Origin: the human T2T-CHM13v2.0 reference genome, Homo sapiens
Direction of reading: 5' to 3'
DNA: 64,000 nucleotides
Assembly (NCBI GenBank): GCA_009914755.4
Contig: CP086569.2
Span: forward strand, 2,720,001 to 2,784,000
Positions 53,547 to 64,000 of this stretch are shown piece by piece. The notes under the pieces were generated by a model. It saw nothing but the letters and a program-made list of their open reading frames with translations, had not been told where the DNA came from and made no database searches. A program made the position numbers and the translations under genes. The first letter of the stretch is position 1. Each line of letters begins with the position of its first letter.

Positions 53547-54145
53547 ATATATGTATATACATATTTGTTTTTGTATTTAAAAATACGTGAGCAATAAAGA
53601 ACAAAAATATTAATAGTTCTATCAAAACACTAAGAGAAAATATTTCTATATTCATGACCGTTGATTAACATGACTAGCTAATCCATACATGCTTGAGATT
53701 TAGGAATATATCAAAAAAACAAATAGTAATAAATATGAAAATTATTACCCATTGAAGCCATCCAACCTAAGCAGCAATCTTAGTACTGGCTGATCCTGCA
53801 TTGTTACAGAAGTATGGGTGATTATATTTCCAAAGATTCTTTTCCTATAAAAACCTTGTTCTGCACAAGCAGAATATCAAAATTTCTATTCACATTTTAC
53901 CACTATAGTTGTATTTTTTTTACTCACACTGTAGTTACTTAGAGGAAAATTAGTACCATAAACTTATACTTTTATTATCTTATGGCATTCTCCTCATTTT
54001 TGATCCTGCATTTATGAGCTTACATTCAGCCAGGAGCTTATTATTATCCATTTATAAGCAGCCAATAAAATAGTAAATTATACATTTGAAAGCCGGGCTT
54101 ACTGAGATTTTTAAAAGTTCACTGCATTTATTTTCTTTTCTGTAG

Positions 54146-54207
54146 TAGAAATGTGCTACAACCACTCAAGGTCTGCAAACAGATTCCTATTTAGATGTTG
54201 TTGAGAG
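54146..54207 (+). other. Candidate 62-nt non-coding exon (speculative)
   Basis: Polypyrimidine tract plus AG ('ttttcttttctgtag') immediately upstream, and a perfect consensus donor 'GAG|gtaagta' downstream. All three frames carry stop codons, so if it is spliced it would be UTR or lncRNA sequence. Confidence 0.15.
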
Positions 54208-55234
54208 GTAAGTACAACTAGTTCTCATTAATATTTCATGTCCTATGTGCCATACTTACACTGCCATTTTGTAGTCATTTGTCCTACAGCTAAAGATTAA
54301 TTTATAATCAGATACGTGAAATCTGATATGTGCATTAAGCTTGATTATACCTGACTGTGTCTTCACGAAGATAATTGTAAATGACATATTAATTAATTTG
54401 CAAGTGTGTTCGGTTTACATTACATATAGTATCACAGACAACATTACACATATGATAATTTGCCATTAGTCCTAAATATTAATAATATGATTTCTCAATG
54501 AGTCTGAAACATTTTCAAGATACTAGAAATTTGTGACAGATGCCTTTTACATCTGTGAGAATCCAGAATATTATTCTTTAAAATGCATTTTCTCATAAAT
54601 AGCTCATTAACTTTCTCATTGTTCTCAGTTGTAAATCTGTAAAAAGCAATTTTGTTCCCTTGTCTGTAATAAGAAATCTTTTGCACTCATTAAGATAATT
54701 AAAGCATTACTAGTGTGCATGCTCACTATATTCAAAACATTTTCTACTTGATATGAGTTGTCATGGCATTATCAAGACCGGAGGGGGCGGAAAGAAAAAA
54801 ATAAAATAGCGTCAGCCTATGGTTATGCTCTTTGAATTTGAATATGATTAAGTGCATCTTTAATTTGTTTCTGAGTCATAGTTTAAAATAAAAACTGGAG
54901 AGCATTTTGTAGGAGCAATACTGCCCTTTTGTTCAATTTCCTTCTTTTAATTCAACAGAACACTTAATAAAATCATACATTTTAGAAAGTTTTGGAAATT
55001 TTTTTGGTCTTTTTATTACAGTTAGGTAGGGGTTTTATTTCCTCATGTGTTTGCTTTATTTTGCTTGGGTAAAGAAATGTTTTCAAATTTAGTTTATGTC
55101 TTTACATTATACATGTAGTCCAGGATGTTAGCTGGTAACAAAATTATCAAAGCAAAATAGGTGTTTATGCTATGGGTTCCTTGATCTCCTACTCTTAGGC
55201 TTTTTGAGACACATTCACTTTTACCATTTTGATC

Positions 55235-55760
55235 TTTTAAATTTCTTTTTATTTTTAATTTTTGTGGGCACATAGTAGGGCATATATTTACGAGGCACAT
55301 GAGTGATTTTGATACTGGCATACAATGCATTATAATCACATCAGGTTAAATGGAGTATCCATCACCTCAAGCATTTATCATTTCTTTGTATTACAATCTA
55401 ATTCTACACTTCTAGTTATTTTTCAATGTATAATAAATTAGCATTGACTATAGTCACCCTGATGTGCTATGACATACTAGATCTTATTCATTCTATCCAA
55501 CTATTTTTTGCACCCATTAGCCATAGTCACTCTGCCCCAATCTTCCCACTACCCTTCCCAGTCTCTGGTACCCATCCTTCTACTCTTTATCTCTATGAGT
55601 TTAATGGTTTTAATTTTTAGCTCCCACAGATAAATGAGAACATGCAAAGTTTTTCTTGCTGACCTGGCTTATTCACTTAACCTAATGACCTCCAGTTCCA
55701 TCTATGTTGCAAATGACAGGATATCATTCTTCACATTTCATTCACAAATGGTATGACAAG
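55235..55760 (-). mobile_element. L1 (L1PB/L1MA-type) 3' UTR and ORF2-end fragment, antisense
   Basis: 'tttgtgggcacatagtagggcatatatttacgaggcacatgagtgattttgatactggcatacaatgcattataatcacatcaggttaaatggagtatccatcacctcaagcatttatc...ttattgactatagtcaccctgatgtgctatgacatactagatcttattcattctatccaactattttttgcacccattagcc...gataaatgagaacatgcaaagtttttcttgctgacctggcttattcacttaacctaatgacctccagttccatctatgttgcaaatgacaggatatcattcttc'. Confidence 0.75.
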
Positions 55761-56159
55761 CTGTAGTAGACAGAAATTATTTTTTGGTTTAATCTCACAT
55801 GCCCCTTTTATCTTTATGGGGAACTAAACTATTTTTCTGGGAACTACTCCTTTCCCCACCTTAATCCCTATAGGTGTTTTGTTTTGTTTTGCTACAACTC
55901 TTATTATGTTATCTTACTTATTTTATGCCTGTTGCTCCATCCAGGTGTGGGCAGTTTATCTTATTGAGCGAATCATTTCTTCAATGAACACTTTATTAAT
56001 TATACAGAAAAGTATGAGTGATTCCAACTTAAGAAGTTTTAAATTGTGGTGATGTCAGCTCTATTAATAGGCTAATAAAAACTTTTAAGATTAGGCCTGG
56101 TCATGGGAATACGTTTTCAGGAATCGTTTCATGAAAAAACACACAAAAATGTTTTACTT

Positions 56160-56797
56160 ATGGTTCTGTATTCCTCAAAATTCTCCAGAGACACAGAATA
56201 AAAAGATAAATAGATATAAAGATAGATAGGTGATAGATGGATAGATAGATAGATAGATAGATGATAGATAGATAGATAGGAAAATAAATATATGTGAGGG
56301 GTTTATTAGGGGAATTGGCTCAAATTATTATGGAAGCTGAGATGTCCCACACTAGATCATCTGTAAGCTGAAGAACCAGAGAAACTACTAGCATGCTCAG
56401 TCCCATTTGGAAGGTCTAAGAACCGAGAAAGCCAACGATGGAAGTCTCAATCTGAGTCCAATGGCAGGAGAGCCCCAGTAGACTGCAAGTGCAATTCCCA
56501 GAGTCAAATGGCAGAACAACCTAGAGTTTTGATGCTCAAGGGCAGCAGAAGGGTGTGCTACTCCAAAAGAGAGAAAGATATAATTGACCCTTCTACCCTT
56601 TTTTGTTTAATAAGAGCCCTTAGCCAATTGGATGGTGTTTGCCCATGTTGAGGGTGGAATTTCCCCACTTAGTTGACTGGCTCACATACCAGTTCTTCTC
56701 CAAAAACACCCTTACAGACAAATCCAGAAACAATGTTTTATTAGTCATCTAGGCATCCTTCAATCCAGTCAACAACTAAAATTTACTATCACAGGTG
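56160..56797 (+). mobile_element. LTR-like interspersed repeat, same family as 32786-33338 (copy 2), with an internal (GATA)n expansion
   Basis: Starts 'ttctccagagacacagaataaaaag', then (GATA)n at 56207-56280, then 'aggggaattggctcaaattattatggaagctgagatgtcccac...ccaattggatggtgtttgcccatgttgagggtggaatttcccc...caatccagtcaacaactaaaatttactatcaca'. Confidence 0.45.
56207..56280. repeat. (GATA)n tetranucleotide microsatellite, about 18 units, imperfect
   Basis: 'gatagataggtgatagatggatagatagatagatagatagatgatagatagatagatagg'. Confidence 0.9.
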
Positions 56798-57029
56798 TCC
56801 ACTGGTTTTTCTCTTCTATTTTCAATGACTCTTGATTGTGAGTTACAGAAAATGAAATTAAGCACAAATCAAAGTGTACTGGAAGAATCCCAGGGACCTT
56901 ATAAAATAATAAAAATATGGAAGGAGAAAAAAACAAAGGATGGCCAGTGATTTGATTATCACCAGAGTTTTTTTATACCTTGTCTTTCTTTCTAAATGTC
57001 CAATGTTTTATTTCATTTTGTATTTTAAA

Positions 57030-57200
57030 TTGTGTTTATTTTTAATTTTTGTGAATACATAGTAGGTATATATATTTATGGGTCACATGGGATATTTTGA
57101 TACAGGCATGCAATGCATAATAATCACATCAGGGTAAATGGGGTTTCCTTCGACTCAAGCATTTATCCTTTGTGCTACAAACAATGCAATTATATTAGGG
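57030..57200 (-). mobile_element. L1 3'-terminal fragment, antisense
   Basis: 'tttttgtgaatacatagtaggtatatatatttatgggtcacatgggatattttgatacaggcatgcaatgcataataatcacatcagggtaaatggggtttccttcgactcaagcatttatcctttgtgctacaaacaatgcaattatatta' is a close match to the antisense older-L1 3' UTR. Confidence 0.6.
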
Positions 57201-58017
57201 AGCTAAACATTAAAATAATTGGACTCATGTTCAGTATTTTTGTCTCTCTCCCCTCAGAATGACTGTCTATCTTGAGAAAAAAAAAAAAACATGCTTAAAC
57301 CGTATACCATATCTTGTTTTTGTAGACATCCAGAGAGATAGGCTCTTAAAGATACACAAACCCTACTTTTAAAATATTAGAGAAGAATTGAAGGAAAGAT
57401 TGACCACCTGTTGTAGGGGAGAAAAAAGTGATATGTTTTCCTCTCCCATCACAAGGGTGTTCATAGCCAACACCCCTATAACAAAAGACAGATTAACAAG
57501 AGAAAATCATCATTTATTTATTTAACCAAAGTTTTATGTGACATGAGAGCCTTCATAAATCAATGCAAACCAAAAAACCTAGAGAAAATGGTGTATTTTT
57601 ATGCTGAGTATGAAGAAAAAAGTCGATAGTTGTGAAAAAACATGATTAGGAAAAAAAGAGTATAATCTAATGATATTATATAAACTGAGATAAACTTCAG
57701 CAAGGACTGTTTGTTCAGATTATTTCCTGCATCTCTGTATGATATTTCTTCCCCTAGAGTATGGAGCAGGACCCCTGTTCCATGAGGATCATTAGGGGAG
57801 AAGCGAGATCAGAGAGTCACAACCAAGGTGTCATTTTTTCAATGTAGTACTTTCTAAGCCTTGACACAGTCATGAGTGTGATCTTTCAGAATTATGTGGC
57901 AAATCAAGCAATTGGCAAGCTTTTAATGAAAACTAAAGGAGCTTTGAGGATATAAAAAAGATATAAATAAAAACAAGTTATAGAATTTATCAAAAATGAT
58001 TTCAGAGGAAAATATGA

Positions 58018-58380
58018 TAGTGGTCCTGCTTATCTGTGGGGCATAGGTTCCAAAATACCTAGTGGATGCCTGAAACTACTGTTAATACTGAACCCTATAT
58101 GTAGTATGTTTTTTCCTGTGCACACATCTATGATGATATTTAATTTATAAATTAGACGCCATAAGATATTAACACTAACTGATAAAATAGAAGTCATAAT
58201 AATATAATACACTGTAATTAAAGTTATGTGAATGTAGTTCTCTCTCTCTCTTTCTCTCTCTCTCAAAATATCTTATTTCTCTGAAAATATCTTATTGTAT
58301 GTAATATGTTCACACTGCAGTTGATGGTGGGTAACTGAAACCCCAGAAAATGAAAACAAGGGTAATGGAAGACTACTGTA
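58018..58380 (+). mobile_element. Tigger-family (pogo) non-autonomous DNA transposon, MER44/Tigger7-like, with terminal inverted repeats
   Basis: 5' end 'tagtggtcctgcttatctgtggggcataggttccaaaatacctagtggatgcctgaaact', internal 'ttatgtgaatgtagttctctctctc...caaaatatcttat', and 3' end 'ggtaactgaaaccccagaaaatgaaaacaagggtaatggaagactactgta'. The termini are reverse-complementary ('tagtggtcc...ggactactg') and are flanked by TA. Confidence 0.65.
58243..58266. repeat. (TC)n microsatellite inside the Tigger-like element
   Basis: 'ctctctctctctttctctctctct'. Confidence 0.9.
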
Positions 58381-59445
58381 CCTTAGAGATAGATTAGTGT
58401 TAAATATGTGCCAACATAGAAAACTGTCTCATTTACACAAATTCAATATAGTATTTTCTCTTAAAGCAAAAGGAGCTAATAATATTTTCTGTAGTGACTA
58501 CTACTTCTTAATAGTGTAGCTTCTTTTTTTTGATAACCATTTTTCTTAGAGCTATTTGAAGACACTATTCAAGTAGTATAACAAAGCAAAAAGCAAATGT
58601 GTATGCTCTGTTAAAAGACAATGAAAGTTATACAGAAGAGCTCCTTTTATAACAAATAATTTTGCATAACATAACTACTCTTAAAGCAATACTAATCATA
58701 CAAAACTTCTATTATTGATTTATAAGCATGACAAATAGCCATTATACTTTTTGGTGTTTTTGCTATCTTCTTTTGGATTTTATTTTCTGTTCATGTTTTG
58801 TAAGGTATGTTTTCTGTCATTTTAATTACTTTTAACAAAATCACATCCGGGTGCACTTTTTATTAAATAAGCATTTAGTTCTGGTCTCTGCCTCAAAGAG
58901 CCGAAGTTGAGTTGTAATATTTGCTTTAATGTTCAAGTTTTTACCTTGTAGGATAGTGATGAGTTCTGGGTTTGTGTAGTAGACAGAATAATGCTCTCAA
59001 AAGATGCCCACAATCTAATCCCCAAAACCTGTGAATATGTCACCTAGCATGGCAAAAGAGACTTTTGTACATTATATGTTATTTTCATGTCTTTAAGTGT
59101 AATTAGCTAAAATATTGTTTAGTTTTCCACTGTTTGTCTTTACCAATGATCAGTTTAACAGTTTTTCTATTATGGAGATTTAGATTGACATCAACATTTG
59201 CTATTAATCATTTATTATTTCTTCCTTTCTGAAAGCTGAATTTCTGGAACAAGAGATATAGATTAAGACTGTTGTTACATGTTGCCTACATGACTTTCAA
59301 AAGCTTGATTCCCAGTGGCGCTCTCAACAGCAGTCATAAACAATGGTAATTCAATGTATATTTATATTCAACTGATATATTAATTGGAATATATTAAAAA
59401 TACGTATATTTATATTCAGAATATTTATATTGAAAATATGAATAT

Positions 59446-59446
<1 letters not shown>

Positions 59447-59482
<36 letters not shown>
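59447..59482. repeat. (GT)18 microsatellite
   Basis: Perfect 36-bp GT dinucleotide run. Confidence 0.95.
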
Positions 59483-59484
<2 letters not shown>

Positions 59485-59508
59485 CCCATTATTTCCCTAA
59501 CACTAGAT

Positions 59509-59720
59509 CAGGGCTTTTTAACTATGGTGATTTTACACACCCCTATTCTCCAGAAGACGTGTTATTTATGGAGACATATTCAATGGTCAAAACTGCGTGG
59601 ATGATGTTAGTAGGCAGATGCCATGGATGCTGTGAAAGGTCCTACAATGCATAGGTCAGCCCCCCACCACAAATAATTATCTAACTCAAAATGCCAATAA
59701 TCTCCAGATTTAGAAACCCT
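59509..59720 (+). mobile_element. hAT-Charlie MITE, MER20/MER58-like
   Basis: 'cagggctttttaactatggtgatttt...ggagacatattcaatggtcaaaactg...gatgctgtgaaaggtcctacaatgcataggtcagccccccaccacaaataattatctaactcaaaatgccaataatctccagatttagaaaccc' parallels the recalled MER20/MER58 consensus '...ggagacatttttggttgtcacaactg...gatgctgctaaacatcctacaatgcacaggacagcccccacaacaaagaattatccagcccaaaatgtcaatagtgccgaggttgagaaaccctg'. Confidence 0.6.
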
Positions 59721-60094
59721 ATTCTTCCTAATGAATAGTCATATTTTACCATCTTTAAAAATTGAGAGCCATGTGACAGAATTATTTTGGCATTCCCTTT
59801 CTCAGAAGAATGTTAAACATATTTTGCTCACTCTTTCTGAGTGATTTCACCACAGACACTACTTGCATCTGTTCCCACTTAACTTTTTAGCATCAAACCA
59901 AATATAGCATTTCAAAAACTAGTTACTTTTTCTGAATTAAATAAAATAAAAACATGATTTAAGCTGTGCCTTCAGATTTAAAATAACAGAATGCCTTTTC
60001 ACATTGACCATAGTATATATGTACATAATACTTTCAAATATCTTTAAAATTTTCAGAGGTTACTTTTCTGGTAGAAAGTTTTATCTTTATATAT

Positions 60095-60165
60095 GGCTGT
60101 GTGTGTGTCTGTCTGTGTGTTTGTGTGTGGTATATGATATATGTATGTGTGTGTGTTGATATGTA
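60095..60165. repeat. Imperfect (GT)n/(GTAT)n compound repeat
   Basis: 'gtgtgtgtgtctgtctgtgtgtttgtgtgtggtatatgatatatgtatgtgtgtgtgttgatatgtatgtg'. Confidence 0.8.
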
Positions 60166-63100
60166 TGTGACACATAAAATCATATGTAGCTTTTAACCAT
60201 TTAAAAGGATCATAAAACCTACAACCATTTAACAATCATACTATTTTTTTAAAAATAGATGATTATTCATAGTCTTGAAACATTTCATTTGCTTTCATGA
60301 ATCTCATTCCCTTCAACAACCCTGGAAAGAGCAACTTTCCTGGAATCAGCATATATAACATTCTTGATTTTCTTATTAGTTTACTCAACAATATCTGCAA
60401 GATACATTCATCCATATTCTTGATATATATGTAGGTTATTTATTTTCACTGCTCTGCAGTTCTCTACCATATGAAAATAGCACAATTATATCGATGTATC
60501 CCCTGGCTAGTGGTTATTTTGGTTGCTTCTATTTTTTTGATGTTACAAATAATGATGCTATGAACATTATGTGCACATTTTCTATTGAACATGGGAGTAT
60601 CTCTTCAGCAGCAATCTTCAAACTTTTTTCTTTAATACAACTGAAAAAAACTATGTCCACTTCACATATGTTTGGGTTGGTGTCTAAATATTTTTATGTA
60701 AAAGAATTGCAAAAATATTTAATTTCTAGCATACTATAAATGTGTCTTAAAAATGTGTTTTCCTCAAACCCTTAAAGCTATAGCTTTATCTCATACAATT
60801 TGGGAAAATGTCTACTATATACTCTAATTGGCAAAACAGTTCCCACTCTGAGAATCAAAAATTACTTGCATTACCAATAAGAATAATTTCACTTTTGAAC
60901 TCCAATAAAGCTTAAGATGCCCATTAAACATCTCATTTTTAAAGATTCCTGGGTAGATACAGTATGCAGATATATAAATGATTGATAGAGTGATTGATTG
61001 AAACAGACAAAAATTTTTGATAGTAGTTTTGTACTTAGGTGAAATAAAGGCAATATTTTTTACACATCTTTTTAGTTTGCTTTCACAATAAAAATCTTCC
61101 TCAGAAACTTTGTATGCTCATACTGTTTCCTTGTAGGATGCTCTACAGATTGGTACACTCTAATGTACTATTGTAATGTTCCAGATAGGAGAAATGGCTA
61201 CCTTTATTTTGTTAAACTGGAGATTGGCAGCTATGACTGAGGACTTGCAAAAGCGGAAACAGGGACTTCTCAGTGAGGTCAATATTTGGAGGAAATATGT
61301 ATAGAAACTGAAGATCTGTCTGAGTTTACCCCTGAGGTACATTATAGCATACATGAGTTTGAATATTTATTCTTTAATGTACATATTTGGTTATGGAGTT
61401 GTTTAAGCATCAGCTGTTTGGAAATTCTGCTTTGCCAAGATATTTCTAACTTGCTTTTTAGAACAGTTGTAACATTTTACATTTCCATAGCTCCCTTGGC
61501 TTCACATGATTGAGTAATACTTTAAATCAGATTGTAAATGTATTACGCAGTGGTTTTAATTTCCTGATTAGTAATGAGATTGTAACTGAACTCAGGTTCA
61601 GTTGTTTGCCAATTGAAAGCCAAAACTTGAGAGGCAAGCGTTGGTGGAAGAGAAAAGCAGGTTTATTCAGGACCTGACAATCCAAGGAGATGGTGGACTT
61701 GCATAGCAAAGACCATCTCAAGTTTCTCAGCCTGGACATAGGGGTTTTAAAGGGGAAAGGGCTTGGGAAACTATGTGCAGGAGTTAGCTATGCATTTCAG
61801 AATGTCTTTTTCCAACGACTGTCATGAGGAATGGGCATCAAGAGGTGTAGCTGGCATCATCCAACCTCTAATAAGATTGAAGATTAACTGCTCAGTATTT
61901 TTTTTCCATTAAGAACATTTCACAGCCTTGGTTTTATCTTGGGGTTAGTTCTTGGAATTCTTAAGCAAGCACACAATTAGGTATCGTAAAAGAAAGAATA
62001 GTTATTTGTTTCCAAAATGGAATGACTGCATCAGTTACAAGATGATCACCTTTATATGTTATTGCTATTCAGATTTTCTCTTCCATAAAATACTTGTTTG
62101 CATCTTTTGCCTGCAGTTTAATTGGGTGGTTTGACATTTTGGTTTATATGAATTTCTTAATATGTTATGGACATTAATCCTACACTGGTTTTTTATGTTG
62201 CAAAGATCTGCTCTCAGCGTGAAAATTCTTTTTATGGCGTCTTTTGATGATGAAAAGTCCACAATTCAAAATAGATTAACTTATCAATACTTACTAGTTT
62301 CTTTTACTTAAGTATGTTATTTCTCTTAAAAATTATCTATATATCAGAAAAATACCTCCATTTATATTCCTGAAAAAATTATTTAAATTTGCCTTTCATA
62401 TTTAAGTCTCTGATATACTGGAAATTAACTTTTGCATATGTCATGACGGATACACTATTTTGCTTGCTTTATAGTTTCCGGATAAATACTTATCTCAGGG
62501 CCACTGACTGACTAGTCTATACTTTTACCTCTATACAATATCTGGTGTTCATATTTTTGCAGGTCTATTTCTTGACTCTCTAACGTGTTTTTAGCTTTCA
62601 ATCCTTGCACTCACACCATGCAGTGTTAATTGCAATTGTTTGATAGTAAATTTTAATCACTGCTATAGCAAATTTTCGTATCTTATTTCTTCTGGGTTAT
62701 ACTTGGCTCTTTGGCCTTTGGTTCCTTGACTGTACTTCCATTTAAAATTTCAGGATTGACTTCAGTTAAAAATAATCTGTAAGAATTGTTCAAATTTAAG
62801 CTTGAATTACCAGAAATATTTCACTTTTTGCATTAAATGCATCTCATGATTATTGATATGTAATATTATTTTATTTTCTTCAATTCTAAAGATCACTTAT
62901 TCCCCACTGGGATTTTTTATTTAGCATTAATTTATGTAGAAAAGTGTTTTTAAAATTCCAAGCTTATGATATTGTGAGTTATCTTTGTATTATTTAAAAA
63001 TTAATAACATTGCAGTTAGATATTATTATGTGTATGAAATTAATATTGGAAAACCACTGAGAATTGCTCTATTTCCTATTATATTGTTGATTTTCATGAA

Positions 63101-63297
63101 TGTTTCCTGTTTCTTGAAACTGTATATTCGTCAGTTCTTTGGTATAGTGTTCTATATATACTCATTTGATCATTCTTACTATATGTTACCCAAATATTCT
63201 TAATCACAATTTTTACCTGTTTCACCCATCAATTACTGAAAGATATGTTTTTAAATCCTCACTGATGTAGTAACTTTCAGCATATTTTGCACATATA

Positions 63298-63536
63298 CAG
63301 ATGCTCCTTGATTTATGATAGATTTATGCCCTGATAAACTCATAATAACTCAAAAATTTTGGAAATCACAATGCATTTAATACCCCAGTAAACACATTGT
63401 TAGTAAAAAAAAATATTAAGTTGAACTATCATAAGTTCAGCTGTTCCTTGACTTACAATGAGGTCACACCCCAATAAACCCATCACAAATGCAAAAAATC
63501 ATAAGTTGAACCATAGTTAAGTAGAGGTCATCTGTA
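63298..63536 (+). mobile_element. Tigger-family MITE, about 240 bp, with terminal inverted repeats and TA flanks
   Basis: Starts 'cagatgctccttgatttatgata...' and ends '...ccatagttaagtagaggtcatctgta'. Reverse-complementary ends 'cagatgctcc' and 'ggtcatctg'. The internal 'ccttgacttacaatgaggtcacaccccaataaacccatcacaaatgcaaaaaatcataagttgaacc' matches the recalled Tigger-type motif 'ccttgacttacgatggggttacgtcccgataaacccatcgtaagttgaa'. Confidence 0.55.
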
Positions 63537-64000
63537 TATATTTATAACTATATATCAATATAAACATAGATATAAGTATGTGTGTACATGCATGAATGTA
63601 TATCATACAGATCTGTCAGGTTAGAACTATTATATTAATATCTTCCTGACAAATTGAACCCCATCATCTCTTGTTCACTGGGCCTTGAAATTTATTTTAT
63701 CTGATTTTAATATAACCAAAGTAGCTCTTTTTTAATTAGTATTTGCCTGCCATATTATTTTGTATTATTTTACTGTAACAATTCCTGTTTTCTTGTGGTT
63801 TTGGTAAAACCTCTGAACACTGCATATAGATTTAAAATAATTCTGTAGATCTACTGGCATCATTTTTGTAGATATATGTTAACTTGTTTCTAATTCCAAT
63901 TTTTTCAATTTTCCTCTTTTTAAAATTTCAGCTTTCATTGAGGAGTATAACACATGTATAGGAAATTGCACAAAATTTATATATATTCTTTTAGGGATAA

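Overview
This 64-kb window is primate nuclear DNA, almost certainly human or great-ape. It carries many Alu SINEs (AluJ, AluS and AluY-like), several LINE-1 elements of different ages, a HERV9/LTR12-type solo LTR, MaLR and other LTRs, and hAT and Tigger DNA-transposon MITEs. It is AT-rich (about 62% AT) and by eye well over half is interspersed repeat. I found no convincing protein-coding gene. Every ORF of 60 aa or more in the supplied track is explained by L1 ORF1/ORF2 remnants, by translation of simple or tandem repeats, by GC-rich LTR sequence, or is an unsupported short ORF in AT-rich DNA. The window therefore looks like an L1-rich intergenic or deep-intronic segment. I see no sign of a prokaryotic-style system such as CRISPR, operons or toxin-antitoxin pairs, and no credible undescribed system either, so the items worth a second look are structural. 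They are: (1) a roughly 200-bp segment present twice in inverted orientation about 3.2 kb apart at near-identity, far more similar than the old L1 copies around it; (2) a plus-strand L1 whose internal 0.7-kb segment is inverted in place, with an Alu fragment at one junction; (3) an LTR12-type solo LTR rich in CCAAT boxes and CpGs, a known class of cryptic promoter; (4) a 42-bp minisatellite sitting exactly at an internal L1 deletion junction; (5) an ancient near-full-length L1 whose 5' UTR carries a roughly 1.4-kb internal direct repeat; (6) a 45-bp inverted repeat at an L1 twin-priming-like junction; (7) long polypyrimidine mirror-repeat tracts; (8) young Alus with intact target-site duplications; and (9) one 62-nt candidate non-coding exon with textbook splice signals. 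Family assignments come from my recall of consensus sequences, not from a database search, and coordinates are plus or minus about 10 bp.
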